Source of the DNA: Candidatus Eiseniibacteriota bacterium
GTDB lineage: Bacteria > Eisenbacteria > RBG-16-71-46 > JABDJR01 > JAWXBZ01
DNA: 37,315 nucleotides
Reading direction: 5' to 3'
NCBI GenBank assembly: GCA_034440375.1
Contig: JAWXBZ010000205.1
Location: forward strand, 1 to 37,315
Within the stretch, counting starts at the first letter, position 1. Each line of letters begins with the position of its first letter. The notes beneath the pieces are model-generated. The model had not been told where the DNA came from and searched no databases. It worked only from the letters and a program-made list of their open reading frames with translations. The position numbers and the translations under genes were made by a program. Of this stretch, positions 8,242 through 17,711 are shown piece after piece.

Positions 8242-11200
8242 ATGCCACGGAACGAGCGTTCCAAAACCCTCCTCAGGGCGCTCCCGTCGGTTCTGTTTTT
8301 GTTTGCTCTGGTCGGCCTTTTTGGGCCGGTGGCGGTTCACGCGCAGGCACCCGATGATTCGGTCTTGGTGCGCGTGGGGGTTCGCACCGACAAGCAGGTG
8401 TACGAGCCGGGTGAAGCAATCCGCGTCACCGTTACGGCCACGAATCCGCTCGATCGGGCGGTGACGCTGGTCTTCAACTCGACGCTGCAGGCTGATTATG
8501 GCTTTGACCGGGCCTGGCAGTGGTCGGATCACCGTGGCTTTGGTGATGCGATCACCTACGTCACGATCAAGGCGCATGAAACCTGGTCCTTTCCAACGTT
8601 CACGCACCAACCGGCCGATTACTTTGTGCCGCCGGGACCGCATATCCTCCGTGGGATCGTCACCGGTTACGGCGAGGCCCATGTGCCGATCGACATCGGG
8701 GAGAACACGCCGCCGCCGATTGCGCTGCATCTGACGCCGGAGCTCGTTCCGAACCCGGTGCCGTTCGGTGTGCCGGTCGAGATGTTCGTGACGGTGACCA
8801 ATCTCTCGAACACTGCGCAGACGTTCGGGCACAGCGGTTGTCCAGTGCTTTTCAGGGTCGACCAGCACTACAGCCCGCCGGTGGCCTGCCCGGAATACTG
8901 GCGCGAGATCACTCTGCAGTCGGGCGAATCCATCCGTTTCGGCCCGCCGGAATTCGACTACCTGACGCTCGGTCGTACCGAAAGCGGTTTCGTGCTGACG
9001 CCCGGCGTGCATATCGTCGATTTCGAGGTGCCCGGTGTCGGGCATACGGCGGCTCGCATCCAGGTGATGGGAGGCGGCGGTTCGATCGCGGGGCAGGTGA
9101 CCGGACCGGACGGCCAGGCTCGCGGGGGCGCGTTGCTTCAGGCCATCGCCTTCGCGAGGTCGGACGGCACGCCCTGGAATGGCGGCAATTACATCCATCA
9201 GACCTACGCCGATCATCTGGGTCGGTATCGCTTCGATGGATTGCCGTCGGATCTCTATTACGTCAATGCCTCGTACAACGGCGGCAAGCTGGTCTGGTAT
9301 CCGGGCGTTGACTCGCAGGATCATGCTACGCCGCTGGCGGTGGCCGAGGGGAGCAGTTACGATGACATCGATTTTGTCCTCGATAGCTCCGGCCCACCTC
9401 CGCCGCCGACCAAACATATGTCGGGCGTGGTGCGGCAGAATCCGCCGCCGGAATCGGCCATCTGTTGCCCCTTTCCGCTGGGCGGCGCCGTCGTGGCTGC
9501 CGTTCCGGTGTTCGATGCGGTGACCGACACCGGTTGGATTCATCCGGACGACCCGGCGGGCGACACCGATCCACCCCGGCCCGGCAGCGGGTGGTCCGGC
9601 TATCTGCCAATCCAGTACGCCATCACCGATAGCATGGGAAACTGGTCGATGCCGGTCCCCGGTGGGCGATATCGGTTCGTGGCTTTTTCACAGGGCTTTC
9701 GCTACCAGTGGTGGGATCATGCGACGCAGGTCGACAGCGCCATCGTCCTGACCGTCAACCCCTTCACGCGTGAGCAGAGCCCGTCGATCGAGTTCGATCT
9801 CGATCCGCTGCCGCATGATGGGAACGCACCTCCCTTCGCCCTGATCACGGGCGAGGTCAACGGCTCGATCGGCGGCGAACATGACGTACCGCCGCCAAAC
9901 GGCGAACCCCGGCCGTTGGAACATCCAACCCAGATCGTGCCGGTTGAAGGGGCCGATGTCGTGGCGCGTCCGCTCGTCATGGATCCGCGCATCGCCTATT
10001 TTGCCGAGGTCCAATACCCGGCGCGTACCGACGCCGATGGGCGTTACCGCATCGAACTGCCGGCCGACGTGCCATACATCGTTCAGGCGTGGGCCGCCGG
10101 CTGGGAGCCGCAGTACTACGATCATGTCTGGAGTTCGGAAGAGGCCAGGCCCGTGGACGTGGCCCCCGGCCACGAATCACCGTCGATCAACTTTGACCTG
10201 TACCAGGGGTACAAACCGCCCGACCTCGGCGTCATTTCCGGCGTGGTCTTTCGGTCGTCGTCCGACGACGTCACCAATACTGGCGATCCGGCAGTCACTT
10301 ACCCGGTGGCGGGTGCGGTCGTGCGGGTTCGATTGAATGGCCCCTCATTCAACGGCTTCGATCGGCTCGTGATGACCGGCGAGGACGGCGCGTTCCGCGT
10401 GGACGGACTGCCGCTGGCGGAGGATGGTTCCCTCACCTACTTCGTGTCGGCCGAATCGGAACACGACCTGCCGGCCTACTTTCCCGATGCGACACGCTGG
10501 GAGGAAGCCACTCCGGTGGCGCCGGCACCGCGCGGCCAGGATTCACCGGTCCGAATTGTTCTGCCTCCGAGAGGCGCGGACGGTGTGTACTTCGTGGTGG
10601 GCGTGGTTCGGGGGGATCTCGGGACGGGCGTGCCGCCGATCGAGGAGCAACCATGGCCGGGCGATGACATCGCTGCCGGCATTGCCGATTCCAGCGATGT
10701 TCCCTGGTTACCGCTGGTCGGCGCGTATCTCTATCTAGTTCCGGCGGACGACCCGTCGGCCGGCCCCGTGGCCGCGGGCGTCACGTCCGATAACGGCACG
10801 CTGGTCATTCCGCACCTGGCGGCCGGACGTTACAAGGCGTACGCCGACATCCCCGGTTTTCGGATGGGCTGGTTTCACGGTGACAGTCGGGCCGAGGCGG
10901 CGGTCCTGACGGTCGGCGGGGGCGGTGAGCCGTTGCTCATCGACATCGTGCTGGAGACGTCTTATCCGCCGCCGGGAACCGGCGGTGGCGGCAGCGAGGA
11001 CGCGGCGCCAAGTATGGTCATTGGCCTCCACAATACACCGAACCCGTTCCGCCCGCAGACGACGATCCAGTATCGCCTGATGGCGCCGACCGACGTGTCC
11101 GTGCATGTTTACGACCTTCATGGTCGGCTCGTGCGATCGTTGATCAATTCCACCCGCCAACCGGCCGGGGAGCAGTTCCTTCCATGGGATGGCCGCGACG

Positions 11201-11292
11201 ATTCGGGCGTAATGGCCGGCGGGGGCGTTTACTTCTATCGGGTCTGGACGCCTGTCGAAACCCGGACCGGAAAGATGGTGATGGTGCGATGA
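8242..11292 (+). CDS. Large secreted multi-beta-sandwich protein: 2 BsuPI-like Ig domains, ~5 carboxypeptidase-regulatory-like repeats, C-terminal FlgD-Ig/T9SS-A-like sorting domain
   Basis: AGGAGG RBS, signal peptide ending VHA; five repeats with a (W/Y)(Y/W/F)xx...A..(L/V)xV motif; C-terminus NTPNPFRPQTTIQY...VYDLHGRLVRSL...WDGRDDSG...GVYFYRV...KMVMVR. Confidence 0.85.
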   Translation: MPRNERSKTLLRALPSVLFLFALVGLFGPVAVHAQAPDDSVLVRVGVRTDKQVYEPGEAIRVTVTATNPLDRAVTLVFNSTLQADYGFDRAWQWSDHRGFGDAITYVTIKAHETWSFPTFTHQPADYFVPPGPHILRGIVTGYGEAHVPIDIGENTPPPIALHLTPELVPNPVPFGVPVEMFVTVTNLSNTAQTFGHSGCPVLFRVDQHYSPPVACPEYWREITLQSGESIRFGPPEFDYLTLGRTESGFVLTPGVHIVDFEVPGVGHTAARIQVMGGGGSIAGQVTGPDGQARGGALLQAIAFARSDGTPWNGGNYIHQTYADHLGRYRFDGLPSDLYYVNASYNGGKLVWYPGVDSQDHATPLAVAEGSSYDDIDFVLDSSGPPPPPTKHMSGVVRQNPPPESAICCPFPLGGAVVAAVPVFDAVTDTGWIHPDDPAGDTDPPRPGSGWSGYLPIQYAITDSMGNWSMPVPGGRYRFVAFSQGFRYQWWDHATQVDSAIVLTVNPFTREQSPSIEFDLDPLPHDGNAPPFALITGEVNGSIGGEHDVPPPNGEPRPLEHPTQIVPVEGADVVARPLVMDPRIAYFAEVQYPARTDADGRYRIELPADVPYIVQAWAAGWEPQYYDHVWSSEEARPVDVAPGHESPSINFDLYQGYKPPDLGVISGVVFRSSSDDVTNTGDPAVTYPVAGAVVRVRLNGPSFNGFDRLVMTGEDGAFRVDGLPLAEDGSLTYFVSAESEHDLPAYFPDATRWEEATPVAPAPRGQDSPVRIVLPPRGADGVYFVVGVVRGDLGTGVPPIEEQPWPGDDIAAGIADSSDVPWLPLVGAYLYLVPADDPSAGPVAAGVTSDNGTLVIPHLAAGRYKAYADIPGFRMGWFHGDSRAEAAVLTVGGGGEPLLIDIVLETSYPPPGTGGGGSEDAAPSMVIGLHNTPNPFRPQTTIQYRLMAPTDVSVHVYDLHGRLVRSLINSTRQPAGEQFLPWDGRDDSGVMAGGGVYFYRVWTPVETRTGKMVMVR

Positions 11293-11675
11293 ATGCCGCA
11301 CACGCGCTGAAGTCGCTGGCGCTGGCCATGCTGCTGGCCCTGGCTTCAACCGGGGTCATCGGATGCGGTGAGGATAAGGACTCCGATGACGTGACGGAGG
11401 TCGGCCTGATCCGGGTAAACGGGACGGTCACGCTCCTCAATGATCAGACACCTGTGGATGGTGGGGTGACCATCCAGGTGACCGATCCGCAACGCGGGAA
11501 CGTCACACTCTGGTTCGAATCGCTATTCACGAATCCGCCCCCCACGCCCGACCGGCTGGCGGTATATCAGGATATTCAGAAAGTCAGCGTTGGCAACCAG
11601 ATCACCGCGACGGCCCGGGCGGATGGCGCGACCAACCTTCATCTGGAGAGTATCAAGGTCATCCTCAATCGATAA
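11289..11675 (+). CDS. Small lipoprotein, hypothetical
   Basis: ATGA overlap with the upstream gene; MNAAHALKSLALAMLLALASTGVIGC lipobox followed by an acidic tether and a beta-rich domain. Confidence 0.75.
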   Translation: MNAAHALKSLALAMLLALASTGVIGCGEDKDSDDVTEVGLIRVNGTVTLLNDQTPVDGGVTIQVTDPQRGNVTLWFESLFTNPPPTPDRLAVYQDIQKVSVGNQITATARADGATNLHLESIKVILNR

Positions 11676-12858
11676 TCCGACGCCTTCTCAGATCGGTAAG
11701 CGCTCCCGGGCTCAGCCCGCAGAACTCCGTCAGTACCGAATCTGTGTGTTCGCCATGTCGCGGTGGGGGACCGGCCGGCGCTCCCGGCGTGGCGGAAAAT
11801 TTGAGTGGCAGGCCTGTCTGGCGCAGGGACCCGATGGTCGGATGGTCCACCGTGACGACCATCTCCCGGGCGGCGCACTGCGGGGATTCGAGCGCCTCCG
11901 CCACGTTGCGCACGGCCCCGGCGGGGACGTCGAACGCCGCCATCCGATTCAGCCATTCGTTGCGCGCGCGCGCGCGGAAGATCGGCTCGATGATGGCATC
12001 GAGCTCGGCCCGGTGAGCCACCCGATCGGGATTCGTGCGGAAGCGCGGGTCGTCGACCAGTTCCGGGCGTCCGATCGCCTGGCAGAAAGCCTGCCACTGG
12101 CCCGGGGTGCCAACCGCCACGTTGATCCATCCATCGGCAGCGGCCAGCGTGGCGTACGGCGCCAGCATCGGATGGGTGTTGCCGGTGCGCCCGGGCACCC
12201 TTCCGGTCAACAGATAGTCGGCGGCCTGGAATCCGAGGAGAGAGATCTGGCCGTCGAGTAGCGCCAGGTCGATTTGCTGACCACGGCCGGTTCGCTCCCG
12301 CGCGTAGAGCGCGGTGGCAATGCCGCCGACCATCCAGAGGCCGGTGGTGGTGTCCGCCTGTGAAACCCCCACCTTGAAGGGCGGCCCGTCCTTTGCCCCG
12401 GTCAGATCCATGATGCCGCCCTCGCCCTGCGCCACCAGGTCGTATCCGGGTCGATCACGCTCCGGTCCATTCTGGCCGTAACCGGAGATCGAGGCGTAGA
12501 TCAATCGCGGATTCAGCGCCGTGCACGCCTCGTAGCCGAACCCGTGCCGCTCGAGCGTGCCGGGGCGGAAATTTTCAACGAGGATGTCGGCGCGAGCCAC
12601 AAGCTGTCGCAGCAGCCCGGCGCCCTCCGGCTGCTGAAAATCGAGCACCACGCTTTCCTTGTTCCGGTTGACGCTGAGGTAGTAGACGCTTTCCCCTTCG
12701 AGAAATGGGGGGCCGAAAGTCCGCGTGTCATCACCCGCCAGCGATTCGATCTTGAGGACGCGGGCGCCGAGATCACCCAGGACCATGGTGCACCAGGGGC
12801 CGGCCAGGACGCGCGACAGGTCGAGAACCAGCAGTCCCTCGAACGGTTTGGCGTTCAT
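11665..12858 (-). CDS. CoA-transferase family III (CaiB/BaiF)
   Basis: [41 protein letters not shown]...PGYD motifs; the start MNAKPFEG overlaps the yjbQ stop (ATGA). Confidence 0.94.
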   Translation of the reverse strand: MNAKPFEGLLVLDLSRVLAGPWCTMVLGDLGARVLKIESLAGDDTRTFGPPFLEGESVYYLSVNRNKESVVLDFQQPEGAGLLRQLVARADILVENFRPGTLERHGFGYEACTALNPRLIYASISGYGQNGPERDRPGYDLVAQGEGGIMDLTGAKDGPPFKVGVSQADTTTGLWMVGGIATALYARERTGRGQQIDLALLDGQISLLGFQAADYLLTGRVPGRTGNTHPMLAPYATLAAADGWINVAVGTPGQWQAFCQAIGRPELVDDPRFRTNPDRVAHRAELDAIIEPIFRARARNEWLNRMAAFDVPAGAVRNVAEALESPQCAAREMVVTVDHPTIGSLRQTGLPLKFSATPGAPAGPPPRHGEHTDSVLTEFCGLSPGALTDLRRRRIID

Positions 12859-13274
12859 TCGCCGATGATCTTGATCAGGACCCGCTTCCGCCTGCGGCCA
12901 TCGAATTCGCCGTAAAAGATCTGCTCCCACGGCCCGAAGTCGAGCTTGCCGGCGGTGACGGCCACGACCACCTCGCGCCCCATGATCTGACGCTTCAGGT
13001 GCGCGTCGGCGTTGTCCTCGCCGGTATCGTTGTGGCGGTACTGGTTGACGGGCGCGTGGGGGGCCAGCCGTTCCAGCCACCGCTCGTAGTCATGGTGCAG
13101 CCCCGACTCGTCATCATTGATGAAGACGGAGGCGGAGATGTGCATGGCATTGACCAGGATCATCCCTTCCTGGATGCCACTGGCGCCCAGGGCCTTTTCG
13201 ACCTCGTGCGTGATGTTCACGAACGCGCGGCGTTCGGGGATGTTCATCCAGAGTTCGTGTCGGAAGGTTTTCAT
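12855..13274 (-). CDS. yjbQ: YjbQ/UPF0047 family protein (secondary thiamine-phosphate synthase-like)
   Basis: [27 protein letters not shown] and [15 protein letters not shown] motifs; GAGG RBS. Confidence 0.93.
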   Translation of the reverse strand: MKTFRHELWMNIPERRAFVNITHEVEKALGASGIQEGMILVNAMHISASVFINDDESGLHHDYERWLERLAPHAPVNQYRHNDTGEDNADAHLKRQIMGREVVVAVTAGKLDFGPWEQIFYGEFDGRRRKRVLIKIIGE

Positions 13275-13327
13275 CTCGTCCTCGCGGCGGTTCGACGGCT
13301 TTCCTCAGCAACATTGTACCCGGATTC

Positions 13328-14752
13328 TCACGGGGATCGAACGGCCCGCGCCGTGAACCGCCGGCCATCGACCAGCTCGGCTCGGACAAAATAGACGCCG
13401 GCTGGCGCCCCGCCGGGCAACCACCGAAAGAAGTTCTCTCCCGCGTTGACGGAGCGCCCGTCGGTCACCGTTTGTACCAGCCGTCCGGTCACGTCGTGAA
13501 CCGTGACGGTGGCCCGTGACGCGGTTTCCAGTCGAAGTGACAGGCTTAAGGCATGGCGGAAGGGATGGCTCGCCAGGAGATGCTCCGCCCCGCCGCCGGG
13601 TGTCGGCACGCCGCTCACCGGGCCGGGCGCGCGCGTTGCCATGACGTCGTGGCAGGTAAAAGCCGCGCTGCCGCCGTCGTCGAGCAAGCGGGTGCGAACG
13701 CGGGCGTAGCTCGTGCCGTTGCTCGACTGGGAGTGATCGGCATCAATGATCTCCCAATCCGCGTTCGGGTCGTTGGAATCGACCAGTATCCGATAGTGAG
13801 TGAAGTCCTCCAGGTAGGCCATGACCTGGTGCTGCACCGACAGGTAGCCGTACTGCCTTGCGCGAAGGTCGAGCGGCACGAATCGGTTCAAGCCGTCCGA
13901 CCAGACGCCCGCCCAGGGGGATGTGCCGACCAGTCCGTTGTAGGAATCATGGATGGACATGGCGGGCTCACCGCTCGACGCGAAGCGGAAGGCCGTGCCG
14001 ACCGTCACCGGAAAACCGAGCATTCGAAGGCCCGAAGCCAGCACGTTTGTCTGCCCCCAGGAGTCGGTGTAGCCGCCCTGCCAGGCCCATGAGGCGGCAT
14101 GCGAGAAGACCAGGGAGGGGATGCTCCGGCTGACCTCGACATTCTGTTCGACATAGGCCATCCAGCGCTGCACGACGCCGTGTTCACCGGGAGGGAGGCC
14201 GGGCGTTGTGCCGCTGGTCGCATCGATCCACTCGATGACCTCCCGGATGCCCGGATCGAAGTCGATGGTCGGCGTTTCGTGCGTGTAATAGTCCCCCGGG
14301 CGCCGACTCAGGTCATGATTCAGGCCGCTGACCCAGACATCCGCCGTCGAGTGGCACTCAACTGTGACGAGAATTCGGGAGTGAGAGCTGAGCGTTCCGG
14401 GCGGCCAGGTCAGCCGGGTAAACCACTCGCTCTGGTCCTCCCCGGTATGAGGGGGTATGGAGGAGTACCAGGTCGTGGCCTGCTGCGTGAAAACCGCGAT
14501 CTCCCCACCGGGCCCGAATGACTCGGCCCGCGGCAGCGTCAGCTCGCACCAGGACGTGCCCGGGTCAATATCGATCTCATACACCAGCGTGGTCGTCATG
14601 CTGTTCGAGTCATAGGTTCCCCGCACATCCTCGAAGCGGGTTCCGGTACCCGCGGCGGCCGCAGTGGCGAGGAGGCTCAGCATGACGGCAAACGGAAGTA
14701 CCGGTGACGACACACCTCGACCGCTGCCACCGGTCCTGAACTGCGCGCTCAT
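13328..14752 (-). CDS. Secreted transglutaminase-like-fold protein (degenerate triad) with C-terminal T9SS-A/FlgD-like sorting domain
   Basis: Signal peptide (MLSLLATAAAA); YYTHETPTIDFDPGIRE...TDSWGQTNVLASGLRMLGFPV...SPWAGVW...FVPLD follows the transglutaminase-core spacing; C-terminal HPFRHA...VHDVTGRLVQT...AGVYFVRA. Confidence 0.65.
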   Translation of the reverse strand: MSAQFRTGGSGRGVSSPVLPFAVMLSLLATAAAAGTGTRFEDVRGTYDSNSMTTTLVYEIDIDPGTSWCELTLPRAESFGPGGEIAVFTQQATTWYSSIPPHTGEDQSEWFTRLTWPPGTLSSHSRILVTVECHSTADVWVSGLNHDLSRRPGDYYTHETPTIDFDPGIREVIEWIDATSGTTPGLPPGEHGVVQRWMAYVEQNVEVSRSIPSLVFSHAASWAWQGGYTDSWGQTNVLASGLRMLGFPVTVGTAFRFASSGEPAMSIHDSYNGLVGTSPWAGVWSDGLNRFVPLDLRARQYGYLSVQHQVMAYLEDFTHYRILVDSNDPNADWEIIDADHSQSSNGTSYARVRTRLLDDGGSAAFTCHDVMATRAPGPVSGVPTPGGGAEHLLASHPFRHALSLSLRLETASRATVTVHDVTGRLVQTVTDGRSVNAGENFFRWLPGGAPAGVYFVRAELVDGRRFTARAVRSP

Positions 14753-15387
14753 CGGGACACCTGGCGAATGTGCCCGGTGCCAACCCGATGGCCACGGTCG
14801 TCAAACAGGCCGATCCAGGGCCCGAGCGCGGCCACCGTGGCCGAATCAACGCTGATTGCGCCCAAAACAACTTGACGCGAATCAGGCAATCCAGGGCGCC
14901 GCGTTTTGTTGTCGATTGGCGAAGGCGCCGCCGGACGGAGTGCCACATCCCAGGCCGACCAGCCGGACGGATCGCGATGGAAAGGGGCACCGGGGCCTGA
15001 ACGCGGCGCCTGGATCGACGACGCACTTTCACCCCGATGCGCACTCATGATCGATCCAAGTGCCGTCGGATCATCCGGCTCGCTCCCCACGACCAGCGTC
15101 AAATGATCCGGCGGTGCGGTTGACCAGATGGAGACATCGATCCTCCAGAGGCGAGAACGCCGAACCGTGCGCCCTCCCGCGGCGGGTTGGAACTCGGCCC
15201 GAAAAGCCGGTTCGACCCGGATGACCACCGAATCGGGCGGGGCGTCCCCGGCCGCCGCCCGATCGGCCGCCGGAATCTGGATTGACGAGAGCAAGAGGGC
15301 CATCGCCGCCAGGATCGGGGTGGCGAACCTCGGGTCCCAGAGGCGCGCCGCCGGCGTCGTGCCGCCGGGAAGTCGTGAGCGGGACAT
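14749..15387 (-). CDS. Hypothetical exported protein
   Basis: GGAGG RBS; hydrophobic signal (PILAAMALLLSSIQIPAA); start overlaps the upstream stop (TGATG) and stop overlaps the downstream start (ATGA). Confidence 0.6.
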   Translation of the reverse strand: MSRSRLPGGTTPAARLWDPRFATPILAAMALLLSSIQIPAADRAAAGDAPPDSVVIRVEPAFRAEFQPAAGGRTVRRSRLWRIDVSIWSTAPPDHLTLVVGSEPDDPTALGSIMSAHRGESASSIQAPRSGPGAPFHRDPSGWSAWDVALRPAAPSPIDNKTRRPGLPDSRQVVLGAISVDSATVAALGPWIGLFDDRGHRVGTGHIRQVSR

Positions 15388-15611
15388 CACGACCTCCCGC
15401 CGAAGTGCGATTTGATGTCGCTCCAGGTGCTGTCGTGCGGCCGCTTCTCGGGCGGCTTCTTGGGAGGACGGGGGCCGGACATGATCGGACGCGATGTGAG
15501 GCGTACCGGATCAAGTGTCGGCATGGGGGGCGCGGTGCGTGTGGCGCCGGAATCCGGATCGAGGGCCAGGATCCCCACCAACGCCAGATCAAGCAAGAGC
15601 CGGAAAAACAT
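15387..15611 (-). CDS. 74-aa secreted peptide with Pro/Lys-rich linker and C-terminal STWSDIKSHF motif
   Basis: ATG 15611 with GGAG RBS; MFFRLLLDLALVGILA signal; ends ...PRPPKKPPEKRPHDSTWSDIKSHFGGRS*; coupled to the next gene. Confidence 0.65.
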   Translation of the reverse strand: MFFRLLLDLALVGILALDPDSGATRTAPPMPTLDPVRLTSRPIMSGPRPPKKPPEKRPHDSTWSDIKSHFGGRS

Positions 15612-15753
15612 GACATCTCCCATCCGGCGGGTTCCAAGGGGGCTCGCGACAAGGGGGAGTGAACAACCGGACAGGTGTAGCGACTCTGCCGGGACGCTCG
15701 CCGAGCCGTCAAGGGCAATTCGATCCGGCGCGATATTCCCGTATGATTCCGCG

Positions 15754-16563
15754 ATGAGTTCCCAGCCACCCATCGTTCTGAAACCGAACTGGCCGCTCCA
15801 CATCGGGCTGTTCGTGGCCACGGCCATCGCCACCTGGATGACCGCCGGGCCACTTTACGCGGCCGCCATCATGGCCATTCTCCTGGCGCACGAAATGGGG
15901 CACTACCTGACGGCACGTCACTATGGCGTGCCGACAACGCTACCCTACTTCATTCCGATGCCGATGATCTCCCTCTTCGGCACGATGGGGGCGGTTATTC
16001 GGATGGCCACGCAGGGGGCCAATCGGCGCATCCTGTTCGACATCGCCGTGGCCGGGCCCATTGCCGGCATGGTGCTGGCGGTGCCGGCCTGCGTCATTGG
16101 CCTGAAGCTGTCCCGCGTGGTGGATATCGGAGCGATGACCGGCCCCCACCTAAACCTGGGCACCTCGATCCTCTTCCAGTGGTTCAGCGATCTCGTTGTC
16201 GGGCCGCTAGGTCCGGGACAGGACATCGAGCTTCATCCGATCGCCTTTGCCGGGTGGGCCGGGCTCTTCGTCACCTCGCTCAACCTGATCCCGGTGGGGC
16301 AGCTGGACGGGGGCCACGTGGCCTACGCATTGCTGGGCCGCCGGGCGCACTGGCTGGCCATCGTCGTGGCCCTCGGGTTCATCGCGCTGGCCATTTTCGT
16401 CAGCTGGTCGTGGGTGGCCGTGGCGTTGATGGTGGCGCTCTTTGGTCTGCGGCACCCACCCATCGGTGATGATTCCACGCCGGTCGGCGCCCCTCGATTG
16501 TGGCTCGGGCTGGCCCTGCTCCTGCTGTTTGCCCTGACCTTCACACCCCGTCCGTTCGACTGA
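15754..16563 (+). CDS. Site-2 protease family M50 intramembrane metalloprotease
   Basis: AHEMGH, GTMGAVIRM, IAVAGPIAG and NLIPVGQLDGGH motifs; multiple TM helices. Confidence 0.94.
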   Translation: MSSQPPIVLKPNWPLHIGLFVATAIATWMTAGPLYAAAIMAILLAHEMGHYLTARHYGVPTTLPYFIPMPMISLFGTMGAVIRMATQGANRRILFDIAVAGPIAGMVLAVPACVIGLKLSRVVDIGAMTGPHLNLGTSILFQWFSDLVVGPLGPGQDIELHPIAFAGWAGLFVTSLNLIPVGQLDGGHVAYALLGRRAHWLAIVVALGFIALAIFVSWSWVAVALMVALFGLRHPPIGDDSTPVGAPRLWLGLALLLLFALTFTPRPFD

Positions 16564-16583
16564 GCGACGGCAGGAGAGACCGG

Positions 16584-17711
16584 ATGCCCGAACTACCCGA
16601 AATAGCCACCATGGTGCGGGCGCTTCGACCGAGGCTGCTTGGCCGCACGGTCACCCACGTCGTGCTTGAAGAGGGAGGCCTCGTCGAAGGGAAATCCGTC
16701 GCGGAAGTTCGCGCGGCACTCCTCGGTCGGGAGATCGTCGGCGTCGTCCGTCGGGGCAAGTACATGCGGCTCGACCTGGCCGGCTCGGTGGGCGGAGAGT
16801 GGATTGATCTCTTCGAGCCGCGCCGACGAAACGGGTCGCTGAAACGATCTCAGAAGTCGCGACCCTTGCCGCCGGACGGCTGCCTGGTGGTGCGGAGGCC
16901 GGAAACGTTGGCCGAGGCACTCCAGATCGGCGCGGGGGACGATTGGATTCACGGGCCGGCCATCGACGCCATTCGAACCGCGGAGAAGCGGGGGCATTCC
17001 TCGCCGATCGCCGCCGAAAATCGGGTTGGGCTCCTGGAAGCGCGCCGACAGCAGCTTGGCCGATACGAGTCCGGTGAACGCTCCAGCCTCGTCCTCCATC
17101 TCAAGATGACCGGCCGCTATTTCGTGATGAACGACAACGGCCAGGCCCTGCCGCCGCGGACGCGCCTGGCCATGGCGGTGGCCGGCGAGGAGGATCATCT
17201 CGTCTTCGGCCTCAAGGATGTCCGCCGGCTGGCCCGCGTGCAACTCCTGGTGGGGGCCGCGTCGCATGACTGGCCGGCCGATCTGGAGCTGGGCCCGGAT
17301 GCCCTGATCACGCGATGGTCCGGCATCCGGTTGGAAAAACAGTTGAGCGGCGCGCTGCCGATCAAGCTGGCCCTGCTCGATCAATCGCGATTGGCCGGCA
17401 TCGGCAACATCTACGCCTCGGAGGTGCTGAACCGAACGCGGATCCACCCGGCGCGCCGGGCAAATTCGTTGACGACGGCCGAATGGAATCGCCTCGCTTC
17501 CGCCATTCCAAAGCTGCTCCGTCATTCCATCCGGCACTGGTGCTCGCTATCCCGCTGGATCGGCCCGTCGGTGGAGGGATACGGCGATTTTGGCGGGGAA
17601 CTCCGTGTTTACGATCGGCGGGGCGAGGCGTGCCGGCGCTGCTCTGGCGTCGTCCGATCGATGGTGCAGGCGGCGCGGACGACGTATTACTGTCCGGACT
17701 GCCAGGTCTAG
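16584..17711 (+). CDS. mutM: Formamidopyrimidine-DNA glycosylase (Fpg/Nei family) with ~100-aa insertion
   Basis: MPELPE N-terminus, RRGKY, LHLKMTG, DVRRL, LGPDAL, H2TH (LLDQSRLAGIGNIYASE) and zinc finger CRRC...CPDCQ; AGGAG RBS. Confidence 0.9.
   Translation: MPELPEIATMVRALRPRLLGRTVTHVVLEEGGLVEGKSVAEVRAALLGREIVGVVRRGKYMRLDLAGSVGGEWIDLFEPRRRNGSLKRSQKSRPLPPDGCLVVRRPETLAEALQIGAGDDWIHGPAIDAIRTAEKRGHSSPIAAENRVGLLEARRQQLGRYESGERSSLVLHLKMTGRYFVMNDNGQALPPRTRLAMAVAGEEDHLVFGLKDVRRLARVQLLVGAASHDWPADLELGPDALITRWSGIRLEKQLSGALPIKLALLDQSRLAGIGNIYASEVLNRTRIHPARRANSLTTAEWNRLASAIPKLLRHSIRHWCSLSRWIGPSVEGYGDFGGELRVYDRRGEACRRCSGVVRSMVQAARTTYYCPDCQV

Noticed and set aside
16779-17087. Intein in Fpg
   Set aside because: No C-terminal His-Asn followed by Cys/Ser/Thr, and no recognisable splicing blocks.
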